Assembly (NCBI GenBank): GCA_963674705.1
Contig: OY771506.1
Span: 1,888,001 to 1,952,000 of the forward strand
Direction: 5' to 3'
DNA from: Phycisphaeraceae bacterium
GTDB lineage: Bacteria; Planctomycetota; Phycisphaerae; Phycisphaerales; Phycisphaeraceae
DNA: 64,000 nt
Positions 27,189 through 37,681 of the stretch are shown here, one piece after another. The notes under the pieces are model-generated. The model was not told the origin of the DNA, ran no database searches, and saw nothing but the letters and a program-made list of their open reading frames with translations. Position numbers and translations under genes: made by a program. Position 1 is the first letter of the stretch; the number at the start of each line of letters is the position of its first letter.

Positions 27189-28930
27189 TGACAATCCAAA
27201 GTATGAAGGAAACAATCATGCTTAAGGCTATATTTAAACTGCCTGTCCTCTTCGCGCTATTTCTATGCTGTTTTGTGCTGGCGGGTTGCACCAAGGAGTA
27301 CCACCTGACGATCACGATCAACGATGATGGTTCAGCCGATGTGCAAACACGTTACACCATGGATCGTGCCCAGATCGAACAGATGATCAGTTGGGATACG
27401 CGTGATGAGTCTGACATGTATATGCCCGACAACAACCAGCCCGGCTGGGAAGAAGTGGTCGAAGAAGGTGTTGTCATTGAGGATAAACCCGAGCCTGAAG
27501 TTGCTGAGCCGACCGAGCCGCAGCCGCTTACCGATGAACAGATTATTCAAGGCTTCACCAAGCTGTCTGAAGAAAACAGTCCTTTGAAAGATCATGAAGG
27601 TGTCAGCCAGGAGATGATATCGGTCACGGTGGATGAAGAATATCTGCATGCCGAAGGCAAGGCACACTTCGACAGCCTTGAATTACTTGTTAAGCACGGC
27701 GCCTACTACTGGGAACGTGCGGGTATCGATCAGTTCCGTATCGAGAAGAATGATGCCGGCAATATCGTGGCGGTAGCCACTCCCGACGAGAATTTTTCGG
27801 GCCGTGACCGGCAACTGCGCCGCGTCCTCTCAAGCCAGAAGTTCAAAGGCTCGTTCCGGTTGATCATGCCGGGCACAATTGTCTCCAGTCCGCTACCCAA
27901 TACGCAGGACAACGAAACCTGGCTGGATGTTAACGCAGAGGATTCCACCTCGCTCGATCAGCTTCTTGAGATGATGTCACAGGCGCTACAGATAGAAGCC
28001 GAACCGGGCACGATCGATCTCTCGGTCTTGCCTTTGGATTCTGAAGAGTTGTATGAGCCCCCGGTCTATTCCGAATCAGGTGTTGATCAATATTACAAGA
28101 GCCTTGAAGCCGTCGACGCGCCGGACGGCTACTACGCCGAAGCAATCAACCTGACCATCAACACCATGGTGTTGATGCCGGGCGCCAAGGAGCAACTCGG
28201 AGACCGCCTGGAATATCTGGGACGAGGCGAAAGTAACACCGCTAACATCCGCGCAAAACTGTTTGCTCCCGTCGGACAGAAACTGCTTGCGTTGTCTAAG
28301 GTTGAAGTTGAAGGGGCGGTAGACGATTTGGGTAATCAGATCGAATTGAATAAGAAAGAAAGTCCATATGGCATGTATGGCTACATGAGACACTATGGTG
28401 GCGATGAAGAAGCGAATGAAGCGCTGGACTTCAATGTGACGCTTGGCCTGCCCGATCCTGAAGCACAAGCGATCGAAGAAGTGTCCGGCATGCTGGAGGT
28501 GGTCGCGTTTGACGATTGGGCTGAGCACAAAATCGAAAATGTACGCGCGAACCCGGATCGTGAACATGATCTCTCTGACATACTCCCCGGAGCGATCTTG
28601 AAGATTAATCGCTACAGGCGACAGATCGAAACCGAAGGAGGCCACAGCAATGTCCAGGGTTATCTGGCGATTGAAATCCGGGGGGGGGGCGAGGTCCAGA
28701 CTATCCAGATAGAGGTTGTCATCCCCGGTTCCGATCGTGTTTCCAGTTATACAAACATGGATCAATCCAATACGAAACTTGATGTGACCACACGCACCTT
28801 ATTATTGAATTATCATGAATGGATGGATGGTGTACTGGACCCGGACTCGATTGTGCTTGTGATCCGTTATCCGAAAGGTATCCGTCGAGAGCGCGTGCCG
28901 CTATTCCTAGAAGCGCTGGATATGTATTAA
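27188..28930 (+). CDS. Hypothetical lipoprotein, paralogue of the upstream gene
   Basis: Lipobox LAGC, ITINDDGSA and LIMPGTIVSS. Alternative start at 27218 after AAGGA. Confidence 0.7.
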   Translation: MTIQSMKETIMLKAIFKLPVLFALFLCCFVLAGCTKEYHLTITINDDGSADVQTRYTMDRAQIEQMISWDTRDESDMYMPDNNQPGWEEVVEEGVVIEDKPEPEVAEPTEPQPLTDEQIIQGFTKLSEENSPLKDHEGVSQEMISVTVDEEYLHAEGKAHFDSLELLVKHGAYYWERAGIDQFRIEKNDAGNIVAVATPDENFSGRDRQLRRVLSSQKFKGSFRLIMPGTIVSSPLPNTQDNETWLDVNAEDSTSLDQLLEMMSQALQIEAEPGTIDLSVLPLDSEELYEPPVYSESGVDQYYKSLEAVDAPDGYYAEAINLTINTMVLMPGAKEQLGDRLEYLGRGESNTANIRAKLFAPVGQKLLALSKVEVEGAVDDLGNQIELNKKESPYGMYGYMRHYGGDEEANEALDFNVTLGLPDPEAQAIEEVSGMLEVVAFDDWAEHKIENVRANPDREHDLSDILPGAILKINRYRRQIETEGGHSNVQGYLAIEIRGGGEVQTIQIEVVIPGSDRVSSYTNMDQSNTKLDVTTRTLLLNYHEWMDGVLDPDSIVLVIRYPKGIRRERVPLFLEALDMY

Positions 28931-28952
28931 GGCCTGTATACCGAGAATTAAA

Positions 28953-29004
28953 AATCGGGGCGCTGCCTTTGATTCGTGAATCGACCAAACGCGGCGCCCC
29001 GATT
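28953..29004. terminator. Hairpin between convergent genes (bidirectional terminator or REP-like)
   Basis: AATCGGGGCGCTGC ... GCGGCGCCCCGATT, a 14-bp stem with one G-U pair. Confidence 0.65.
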
Positions 29005-29045
29005 GCTTTCGATTTGTATATTGATCGCTACTTACCGGGGGTGAT

Positions 29046-30698
29046 TTATGCCCAGGTTTTGCCGGCCTTATCCGTGCCGCAAAGTGTGACCTTCATGCCC
29101 ATCGCCTGCGCCATCGCCGCCTTGGTCAGCATCGCCTGGTCTGCCGACTTCGCATCCTTGGCATACGCGCAATGGATGTGGTTTGCCTGGTGACGCGCCA
29201 TCATCTGGTCGCGGCTCACGCCGTACGTTACACCGTGCATGATCGGCCACTGCACCGATGTTTCATTCCATCGTCGTTCGGTTTCCTGCTTCGGTAGCTT
29301 GACTACGCCGCCACGGCCAAGGTCCATGCACAATTGCCCGCCGGACTTCGAGCCGTTAATCCAGATGCGGGACCAGACAATCTCGCCCGGCTTGGCGATG
29401 CCACGCAGTGTCGAGCCACCGCCGGGGAAGTACATCGCCGGCTGACGGTGTCCGTCGCTGCCACGCCACCCACCGATATGATGGGCCGGCGGGGCGCTAC
29501 CCGAAATCAGGAACACCCAGACATACTCATCGGTCGTGCAGGACTTGTCGAAGTCGCCCCAGCGTAAGTCGTGCAACGTGTTTTCGACCGGCTGCTTTAG
29601 CGCCTTGTGCACGCGATACGTCATCAACGCGTCCAGACCGGCACACTCATCCACCTCATTAAAGTGCGGCACCGGTTGACCGCGATACAACTCGCGCTTG
29701 CCGTCTCGCGACTTCACGGGCGGCCGGCTCGTGTTATTGAGCATCCCTTCCACAAGATCGCTTGCGGGTAACAGGTCTTTGAGCCCCTGTTGATACTGGA
29801 TGCCGATGCAGTCGCAGCCGAAGTCGTCCGCGATCCGAACCGCGGCGATGTACATCTTGCATTGTTCGAGTATCTGGGATTCCGTCAGTTCGGTCTTAGG
29901 ATTCTTGCCGGTGTGGAAGGTCATGCCTTTGTCTGCGAGCCACTTGCGAACTGTTTTAGCCTCACTGTCTTTCACGCACGTCGTTTCGTAATACAGCGCC
30001 GACTGGCTGAGGCGTTCTTTATATACGCCCGTCGGATTCAGCAGGTGGTCGGGGATGATCGCGTTGAACATACCCATACAGCCTTCATCGAACACGCCCA
30101 TGATGGCTTTCTTCTCGGCAAGTTCACTGGCAAGTGACTTGCCAAGCTTGCTCGCATTCGATGGGACCTTCACTTTACCAAGCGGCTTTGTATGTTTGGT
30201 TTTGTGCTTGCACGAGCCGGTTTCGAGCCAGTCGCGGAGGCGCTTGATGAAGTATTTGTCATTGAAGTCCTCGCTCCAGAGCGTGGAATACTTCACGCCG
30301 GCTTTGGTCAGTGAGCCGTTAAGGTTCAGCATGCCGACCAACCCGGGCCAGGTTCCCGACCAGTTGGCGACAGTCAGGATTGGACCGCGATGGCTGGCTA
30401 AACCCGAAAGCACGTGATGCGAATACTGCCAGACCGCCTCGGCAACGATCAACGGCTGATGCGGATCGATCTTCGCGAAGACCTCCATGCCTTCCTTTTG
30501 CGAACCAATAAAGCCATGCTTCTCATCCTTCTTATAAGGATGCGCCCGGCGAACGGTATAACCCTCTGCGCGGATCCGTTCGCATAACGCCTGCTCCATC
30601 TCGTTTTGAGCTTTCCAGCAGGCGCGGTTGGCGGATAAACGCAAGTCACCACTGGCGATCAGTGCGATAGGTTGTTTTTTACGGTTCTTTTTTGGCAT
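29046..30698 (-). CDS. L-fucose/L-arabinose isomerase family protein
   Basis: [39 protein letters not shown] and WPIMH...HQANH. Start set at MPKKNR. Confidence 0.8.
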   Translation of the reverse strand: MPKKNRKKQPIALIASGDLRLSANRACWKAQNEMEQALCERIRAEGYTVRRAHPYKKDEKHGFIGSQKEGMEVFAKIDPHQPLIVAEAVWQYSHHVLSGLASHRGPILTVANWSGTWPGLVGMLNLNGSLTKAGVKYSTLWSEDFNDKYFIKRLRDWLETGSCKHKTKHTKPLGKVKVPSNASKLGKSLASELAEKKAIMGVFDEGCMGMFNAIIPDHLLNPTGVYKERLSQSALYYETTCVKDSEAKTVRKWLADKGMTFHTGKNPKTELTESQILEQCKMYIAAVRIADDFGCDCIGIQYQQGLKDLLPASDLVEGMLNNTSRPPVKSRDGKRELYRGQPVPHFNEVDECAGLDALMTYRVHKALKQPVENTLHDLRWGDFDKSCTTDEYVWVFLISGSAPPAHHIGGWRGSDGHRQPAMYFPGGGSTLRGIAKPGEIVWSRIWINGSKSGGQLCMDLGRGGVVKLPKQETERRWNETSVQWPIMHGVTYGVSRDQMMARHQANHIHCAYAKDAKSADQAMLTKAAMAQAMGMKVTLCGTDKAGKTWA

Positions 30699-30882
30699 GA
30701 TACGTCTCCATCTTGAGCGGCCACGGAAAACACGACCTTCTTTAGCCCGTGTTATACCTTTAAACGGCTCGCGTATCACATCATAAACATCTGGAAATAC
30801 CACGATAGCAAAATCCTGCCTATAGCAGGATAATGCTATAGTTTGGGATTAGAGCCGATAGGTGTGACCTGCCTTGGGTGAG

Positions 30883-33315
30883 TTATTCCTCTAAGACTCG
30901 TCTATCCAGCAGTCTGACATCGAAAATCCCGCCCGCCATCGAGCCCGGCCTTGCCTGGAAGCGGATGGTCAGCATACCATTTTTTGACTTATTCACAAAG
31001 GTGGCGGGGATGGGGTAACGCACATCCACAAATTCGCCCGGCTGCGGCGCACTGAGCGATACTGACTCCAGCCGCACACCATTAATCAGTATTTCAAACG
31101 CGCGTCGGTCTGACCCGAAGTAAGTCACCATCAAGTCCAGCTTGTCATTACCATTTGAATTTAGATCGTAGCTGAACCAACCATGGGCATGGCGGAAACG
31201 TCGGTCCTGCCAGATACCCGCTTCGGAGTTTTCACCCTTGAAGTTGTGTTCGGTTTCAGGCTGTTGCTCGCCCGGCACCACGCGATCGACCGTCGCCCGA
31301 TCCAGACGCAATCGCTGCTGTTCAACTTCTGCGAGTTGCTTTACCACTTCCTGATACGCTTGCGGGTCCACGCTGCGCCAATACATCATGTAACGATGGT
31401 CATGCAGCCGGAAGAACGGCTCCAGTTTTAACGAATCAAACGTATCCGGCTCGATCGCCTCGCTTGCATCGAAAGTCAACGATTCACCCGCAACCGGTTT
31501 AACCAGCACGAGTAATTGATCCACCTCGGCAACAAACATCGGCGCTTGATCCAATGCCCGCAAAGGCCCGTGTGCTACGTGATCCATCCGCCCGGACCCA
31601 GCCAGCAAACCCGTCATATCTTCCCTGCTCGTCGGCGCCGCAAGCATCACCGGGCCGTACATCAACGCGACGTACTCATCCATGTAAGGCAATGGCTCGA
31701 CGCTGATTTGCATCGGTAACTGAACATCCACGACATCGCCATCATGCCACTCACGATCAACCGCAACATAAGAGCCCGGCCGTGCATCGATCTGAACCGT
31801 CTCGCCCCTAATCGAAATACTGAATCCGTCTGCTGACGCCCACGATGGATGTCGAATTTTCAGCGCAAACTGTCTCGGCTCTTCCAGATTCAATACCAGC
31901 TTTGTACTCGGTTCATCCGGAAAGCGTGTTTGCTGCGTAAGTGTCAGCCCTTTGTCCTTCCAAGTTAATTCAGACGCTACGAACAGGTTTACCCACAGGC
32001 TGTCATCTGAGTGTGCGTAGATAAATTCGCCATACTTGCCGTGGTTTTCCATCCCCGTGCCGACGCAGCACCAGAAAGCCTGTTCCGGTTGCGAATACAC
32101 CCGGTAATGTCTTGGTCGCGCAGGCGTGAAGTAAACATACCCGCCGTGCTCAGGATGCTGCGTAGAGAGGATGTGATTCAGCATTGCACGCTCATAGAAG
32201 TCGGCGTAACGTGCCTCCGGCTCCGCGCAGAATAGCTGCTCGCTCAATCTCAGCATGTTGTACGTATTGCACGTCTCCGGCCCTTCCCTGCTTTCGATCC
32301 ATCGGATCGACTGGTTCGGCGAAGGGAAGTGTTCAGAGGTGCTGTTGCCGCCAAACGCAAGCGTGCGGTGTTGTGTGACACGTTCCCAGAAGAAGCGAGC
32401 TGCCCGATGGTACGCATTGTTATGTGTCAGGTGAGCGATCCGCTCAAAGCCCACAACCTTGGGCACCTGTGTATTTGCGTGTAATCCATTGAGTTCATCC
32501 CGTTGTTGAACGAGCGGTTCCAGGATCGCACGGTGATTAAAGCGGCTGGCAAGCTCGATATACTTCTTGTTGCCCGTGATTGCACCGACATCCGCAAGGA
32601 CCTCGTTCATTCCACCATGCTCGGCACGCAACATGTCCTGTACCTGCGCATCCGACAAATCCGACACGAGTTTGCCACACCAGTCCGCCAGCTTGATCAG
32701 CACCTCTTTCGCTTGTTCGTTGCCGCCGATCAGATACGCATCGCGCAGCCCCGCAAACGTTTTGTGCAGGTTGTACCAGGGCACCCACCGGTCATTGAGC
32801 CCGAAGCCGGACGTACGGATGTCGCCTGCCGCTATCTCGTCCCACATCTGTTTGCCGTTGGGTATCCCGCCGACGTACCCGTCGCCGTGTGCTTCCTGAC
32901 AACGCGCAAGCTCTGAGACCATGTAGTCCAGACGTTGCTTGCACTCTTTATTACCGGTAGCGGCGTAGGTGATCGCTAGTGCGCTGATGTAATGCCCCGC
33001 CGTGTGACCATCCAACCCGTTGCTTTCCCAGTTCGGATACTTTTCCGCCTTCGGCTCCAAGCCCGCATCCGTCAGGAACGGCGCGAGCAATCGGTCAGGA
33101 TCAAACTTTAACAGGTGCTCCAGATTGACATCCATCGCATGCTTGAACGGCCCATCCAGCAAACGAACATCAGTAAGCGCAAACAGCTCAATCTCACCAG
33201 AAACAGTAGCTGTGGCGGTATTTAAATCTGTCTTATCCATGGCAGGCTCGGCGCAAGAAACTTCGATACAACATGCAAGCATCAGAATCCATGTGATTAT
33301 GCGTACCATGATCAT
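30883..33315 (-). CDS. Beta-L-arabinofuranosidase, GH127/GH146 family, secreted
   Basis: VRLLDGPF, GHTAGHYISA, EHGGMNE, HANTQVPK, ETCNTYNML, FWCCVGTGME and PFFRLHDHRY. Confidence 0.92.
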   Translation of the reverse strand: MIMVRIITWILMLACCIEVSCAEPAMDKTDLNTATATVSGEIELFALTDVRLLDGPFKHAMDVNLEHLLKFDPDRLLAPFLTDAGLEPKAEKYPNWESNGLDGHTAGHYISALAITYAATGNKECKQRLDYMVSELARCQEAHGDGYVGGIPNGKQMWDEIAAGDIRTSGFGLNDRWVPWYNLHKTFAGLRDAYLIGGNEQAKEVLIKLADWCGKLVSDLSDAQVQDMLRAEHGGMNEVLADVGAITGNKKYIELASRFNHRAILEPLVQQRDELNGLHANTQVPKVVGFERIAHLTHNNAYHRAARFFWERVTQHRTLAFGGNSTSEHFPSPNQSIRWIESREGPETCNTYNMLRLSEQLFCAEPEARYADFYERAMLNHILSTQHPEHGGYVYFTPARPRHYRVYSQPEQAFWCCVGTGMENHGKYGEFIYAHSDDSLWVNLFVASELTWKDKGLTLTQQTRFPDEPSTKLVLNLEEPRQFALKIRHPSWASADGFSISIRGETVQIDARPGSYVAVDREWHDGDVVDVQLPMQISVEPLPYMDEYVALMYGPVMLAAPTSREDMTGLLAGSGRMDHVAHGPLRALDQAPMFVAEVDQLLVLVKPVAGESLTFDASEAIEPDTFDSLKLEPFFRLHDHRYMMYWRSVDPQAYQEVVKQLAEVEQQRLRLDRATVDRVVPGEQQPETEHNFKGENSEAGIWQDRRFRHAHGWFSYDLNSNGNDKLDLMVTYFGSDRRAFEILINGVRLESVSLSAPQPGEFVDVRYPIPATFVNKSKNGMLTIRFQARPGSMAGGIFDVRLLDRRVLEE

Positions 33316-33573
33316 TAAACGCCCAAGTGGGCAGTGTTAGCGAACGTCAACGCTCGTTCCATCCCATCGATACCAGTCATACACGGCTGTCATGCATCAG
33401 GCATTCAACACGCGACCTATATAGACAAGCATGGCCTCAAGTTAATAAGCTCAAGAGATAGCGAGACTTTATCAAAATAAAGCCCAACAACAAGCGCGAA
33501 TCGCGTCCTAATCCTATCTGATTGCGATAGGGCTTGGGAGCGGCCATACATATTCACCCGATCTCAGATCGGA

Positions 33574-34773
33574 TCAGTCACAGCGTGCGGTGCGTCTGAA
33601 AACCGCGGGGGTAATGCCCGTGACCTTACGGAACACGCGGTTGAAGTTGGATGTGGCGGTGTAGCCGCATTGCCCTGCGATGTCATCAACAGATAGATCG
33701 AGTTGGAGCAGCATGCGTTTGGATTGCTCGATCCGGACACGCAGGATCTCTTCGTAAGGCGTCCTGCCGACCTTATCCACAAACTTACGCTCCAGCCAGC
33801 GACGCGTGACCTTCACATGCTCCATCACGTCGCGCACACTGCATGGATCGCATGCATGGTCGCGGATGAACCGGATTGCCGCTGCCAGGTCTTTGTCATC
33901 CACCGTCAGTTGGCTGGTACTGGTCCGCTGCTGAATCCCCAACGGCGGCATCTTGATGTGAGGCAACGTCTCGGATTCCAACTTCCCACGCATCATGCGA
34001 TGCAGGAGCTTCGCCGCCTCATACCCCATCCGCTGAAAATCGACATCAACACTGGAAATCGAAGGGTTCGCCGCTTCGCAAAGCAGGTCGTCGTTGTTCA
34101 CACCAATAACCGCAATACTGTCCGGGACTTTCAGATCTGCTTCATGGCAAGCGGCCAGCAGGTCAAATGCACCGAAGTCGTCGCTGGTCATGATCCCGAT
34201 CGGCTTGGGTAGTGACTGCAGCCACGCGATCAGGTCCGCGCGATGCTCAAGATTCATCCAGTCCACTTCGTTCTGCCAACTCACCGGACTCACAACACAA
34301 TCGAAACCACGCGATTGCAGTTCCTTTTCAAACCCGGTCAACCGCTGGTTGGCAAAATCATTGATCGTTCTGTTTTGCAGGCCGTAAAACGCGAAGTGTT
34401 CCAGCCCGCAGTCAATCAGGTGGTCCGCCGCCATGGCCCCGGCCGCCTTATCATCCAGCGAGATGACCGGCGTGCGCGTCGCATCATACGATCCCGAACA
34501 GCAGACCATGTGCCGGCTGTTTTGATACATCAGCTTGAATACCTCGTCGTCCGCCCCGACCAGGATCGCGCCATCGGTTTGCGGGAATTGCCCGAGTTTG
34601 GCACTGACACGCCAGGTATCGACGTGCAGTTGCCACTTCTGCTGCAAACTGGCGTACCGCAGGATGCCTCGCAGCATGTTTCGGCCATAGGCACTGCTAC
34701 AGTCCGACACCACGCCGATCACGGCACTGGGACGCCTGCCTTGAGATTTTCGACCGTTAGCTTTGCGCACCAT
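33574..34773 (-). CDS. XylR-family regulator (periplasmic-binding-fold sensor + AraC HTH)
   Basis: LPKPIGI, VPDSIAVIGVNND and SISSV. C-terminal R.LER.F...GRTP and IA..CGY....F.R.FRK.TG.TP..FR. Confidence 0.93.
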   Translation of the reverse strand: MVRKANGRKSQGRRPSAVIGVVSDCSSAYGRNMLRGILRYASLQQKWQLHVDTWRVSAKLGQFPQTDGAILVGADDEVFKLMYQNSRHMVCCSGSYDATRTPVISLDDKAAGAMAADHLIDCGLEHFAFYGLQNRTINDFANQRLTGFEKELQSRGFDCVVSPVSWQNEVDWMNLEHRADLIAWLQSLPKPIGIMTSDDFGAFDLLAACHEADLKVPDSIAVIGVNNDDLLCEAANPSISSVDVDFQRMGYEAAKLLHRMMRGKLESETLPHIKMPPLGIQQRTSTSQLTVDDKDLAAAIRFIRDHACDPCSVRDVMEHVKVTRRWLERKFVDKVGRTPYEEILRVRIEQSKRMLLQLDLSVDDIAGQCGYTATSNFNRVFRKVTGITPAVFRRTARCD

Positions 34774-35305
34774 GATATTGTTTAAGTTTGATATGCGACA
34801 TAGAGAAGTCAAGTCGCTGATTTAGCCAACCTGATCAGAATTATACACTTAATTCCGACGCAATTCGATACATGGCATAGACATACGCTAATCAAACGAT
34901 TTGCGTTTGCTTATCTAGGCACAGGTCTCAATCAGACATGTATTGCCCTACCCCAGCACGGGATTGAACCTCAGCACTTAGATTTGCCTCCGGCATTTTG
35001 CAATGTACAGCCCTTATTTAACGTCGTATTTTGCTAAATTTTACCATCAATATACGGCCGGAATTTGCATTGATGAATAAATATGGATCAGGTTGTTTGG
35101 ATTGAGTAATACACATAGTCATTAATATAAATTTTTTATTTTCATTTATATATAACTTTATGCCCTTGATGCTCTGGCCCATTCATGTTCTGCGTAATGG
35201 GATAAGAATAGAGTGTAATTTGATATTGCTAAATGTGGTGTGAATTGTCATTATTAAGTTAGGCAAATTTGCAGCACACGTCTCATCGCCACTTGGAGAA
35301 CCGTA

Positions 35306-35875
35306 ATGGGCAAGCGAAATACGTCGCTTCGTGGTTTTACATTGATCGAACTTCTGGTGGTGATCAGCAGCATCACCTTGCTCGTTGGCATCCTCCTGTT
35401 GGCTCTCGGTGCGGCACGTAAAGCCGCTGAAGGCGCACGTTGTCTGGCAAATACACGGTCACTCGGACAAGCTGCTGCGGCTCGCTTCGTTGACACCGGT
35501 GGCGAAGTGCTCGGACCGCTGGAAACCACTTGGATGCAAACCCTTGATGACTACGTCGATGGCTCGATCGATGAAGCACGCATCTGCCCGATAGCTACCG
35601 AACCCGATGAGGACAGTAAAACCAACAACTACTGCTACACCGGATCGGCAGATCATGCCCGGATGACTGATGGCGGGTACACGCTCAATGTTGAAACCTG
35701 GACGTTCATGTCCAGCTACGGCCTGAATGGCTTCTTCTACACGACCAAGGATGTTAATAAGAATGGCAGTGGCTAGGATGAAGCCGGTGTAATGTGGGCC
35801 AACGCATCCGAGTTCGACGAATCATGGTGGCAGACCGAGGGGCGGATCAAAACCACAACCATGTCCCGCCAATAA
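35306..35875 (+). pseudogene. Degenerate prepilin-type protein
   Basis: RG/FTLIELLVVISSITLLVGILLLAL has drifted from the consensus. After CP.A and SYGLNG a TAG occurs at 35774-76, and protein-like sequence continues in frame (DEAGVMWANASEFDESWWQ) before it collapses. Confidence 0.65.
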
Positions 35876-36072
35876 CAAGCGGGAAGTGCAGCACTTTGGA
35901 TTGTGAGTTTCGTGGCAAGCAACCCATGCTGCAAGAACAAATGGGAATCAGCCAATGTCCGGCTCGCCAGGGATCGGTGCAAGTGGGTTTGACCTGCCGC
36001 GGCTTGGTAGAGTTATTGATTCCCGATTGATGCGGTTTGTTGTCAGATGAATCTTATTGGTAAGGCAAACCC

Positions 36073-37559
36073 ATGCTTAAGCCCTTCCGATTCGGTGTAA
36101 CCAAAGCTTCTACCATTCTGACAATCCAAGCGGGTTTGTTCCTGCTTGCATCGGCGACACTTGCCAGCGCGCAGGTAAGTTCTGTCAATTTGTCGGATGT
36201 TGAGCTGCTTGGCGGAAACTACTACTGGCAGATGCAGGAGCTGAATTCAAGTTCAGCCGGCAACATGGAATGGCTGCAACCCGATGATTTACTGTACCAG
36301 TTCCGCCTGGAAGTGGGATTGCCACAGCCCGCCGGCGCAATCGATCTTGAAGGCAGATGGGAGGGCGACGATTCTGAATATGGTTTCGTCCGCGGGCATA
36401 ACGCCGGCCATTGGCTGACCGCTGCATCGAGATCCTGCGCGCTTACGGGTGATACGACATACTTGAACCGTGTTAACGACATGGTGGCGGGGCTGGGCCT
36501 GGTGCAGGATGCATTCACGCTCAACGGTGAATCGGGCTACCTGTCAGCCTTCCCCAAGCCGTTCTATGAAACGCATCACAAACGATACTCTGTCTATTGG
36601 AAGCTCAACGCCCCGGCAGGCACACACACCTGGCGAGGTGGCGGGATGGACTTGATCCAGGACGAAACGAACTGGGACGTTGCGACGGCAGAGGACGATT
36701 CCATTGTCTCCGACGCCAACCTGAGAACAACAGTCGACAACAACTAAGCTGCGGGTACAGCCTTCAACGATATCACCTTCGCTTCGACCGCTTCCGCTTC
36801 CACCATCGGTGGCAACAGCATGACGCTTCAGGGTGACATGTCCAATCTGTGGTCGCAAACACAAACCATGCAGGCCAACCTACAACTTCCCACCGGCAAC
36901 TACGCATTCAATGCAACGAACTAGCCCATGACTATCGGTGGCAATCTCTCGGGTAATGGCACATTGGTGAAAAATGGTAGCCACCAACTCACGCTCCTCG
37001 GCACCAACACGCGCGCCGCGACTGTCAGCAGCTTCGGTGGGAATATCAGCCCCGAAGAAGGCACACTTGCGCTAACAAGTGGAGCTTCGGTCACAGGCCT
37101 GACCAGTATTGATATCCAACCCGGCGCGATCCTTGCCTTGGAGTTATTCGACGCCGGCGATTTGAATATGCTGGGTGTTGACGGCAACTTTACAACCGAC
37201 GGCACGCTCTGCATCACGTTCGCCTCCGGGGCCACGTCGCCGCAATCCGGCGATACCTTCGATCTCTTCGACTTCGTCTCAATGACAGACGGATTTGATA
37301 CGCAGGATCTACCAACGCTTGCTGCGGGTCTATCGTGGAACACCAGCAATCTGCTCACCACCGGAGAACTATCAATTGAAGGCACGGCGCTTGCAGACGA
37401 CCTCGACGGCGACGGCTTCGTCGGCCTGGCGATCTGGACATCGTGCTGTCTAACTGGAACGCCGGCACACCAGCATTTAGAAACGCGAACATCCCCGAAC
37501 CAAACACATTGTTTGTCTTGGGTGTGTGTAGCGCATACATGATCCGGCGCCGCCGTTAA
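36073..37559 (+). pseudogene. Disrupted GH127/146-like + autotransporter-repeat + PEP-CTERM surface protein
   Basis: GH127-type start (RGHNAGHWLTA..GYLSAFP) joined directly to a C-terminal motif (PFYETHHKRYSVYW). In-frame stops at 36745 and 36922. A frameshift at ~37429 hides DLDIVLSNWNAG...IPEPNTLFVLGVCSAYMIRRRR*. Confidence 0.88.
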
Positions 37560-37681
37560 AACCAACCGTCGCTTAACGGGGCAGTATGCTGCCCCATAAC
37601 ACAATCCCGATCAACAGTTGTCTCGATACACCTGCGCGTTATAGTGCAGCATCAGATACACAACACTTCCAGGACTGAATC

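Noticed and set aside
34780..35300. AT-rich stretch as a separate foreign island
   Set aside because: It fits a divergent promoter region between the regulator and the decayed pilin gene, and no mobility signatures are present.
35774..36924. Stop-codon readthrough (pyrrolysine or recoding) at in-frame TAG/TAA codons
   Set aside because: Mixed stop types, a frameshift and a large deletion in the same genes indicate pseudogenisation.
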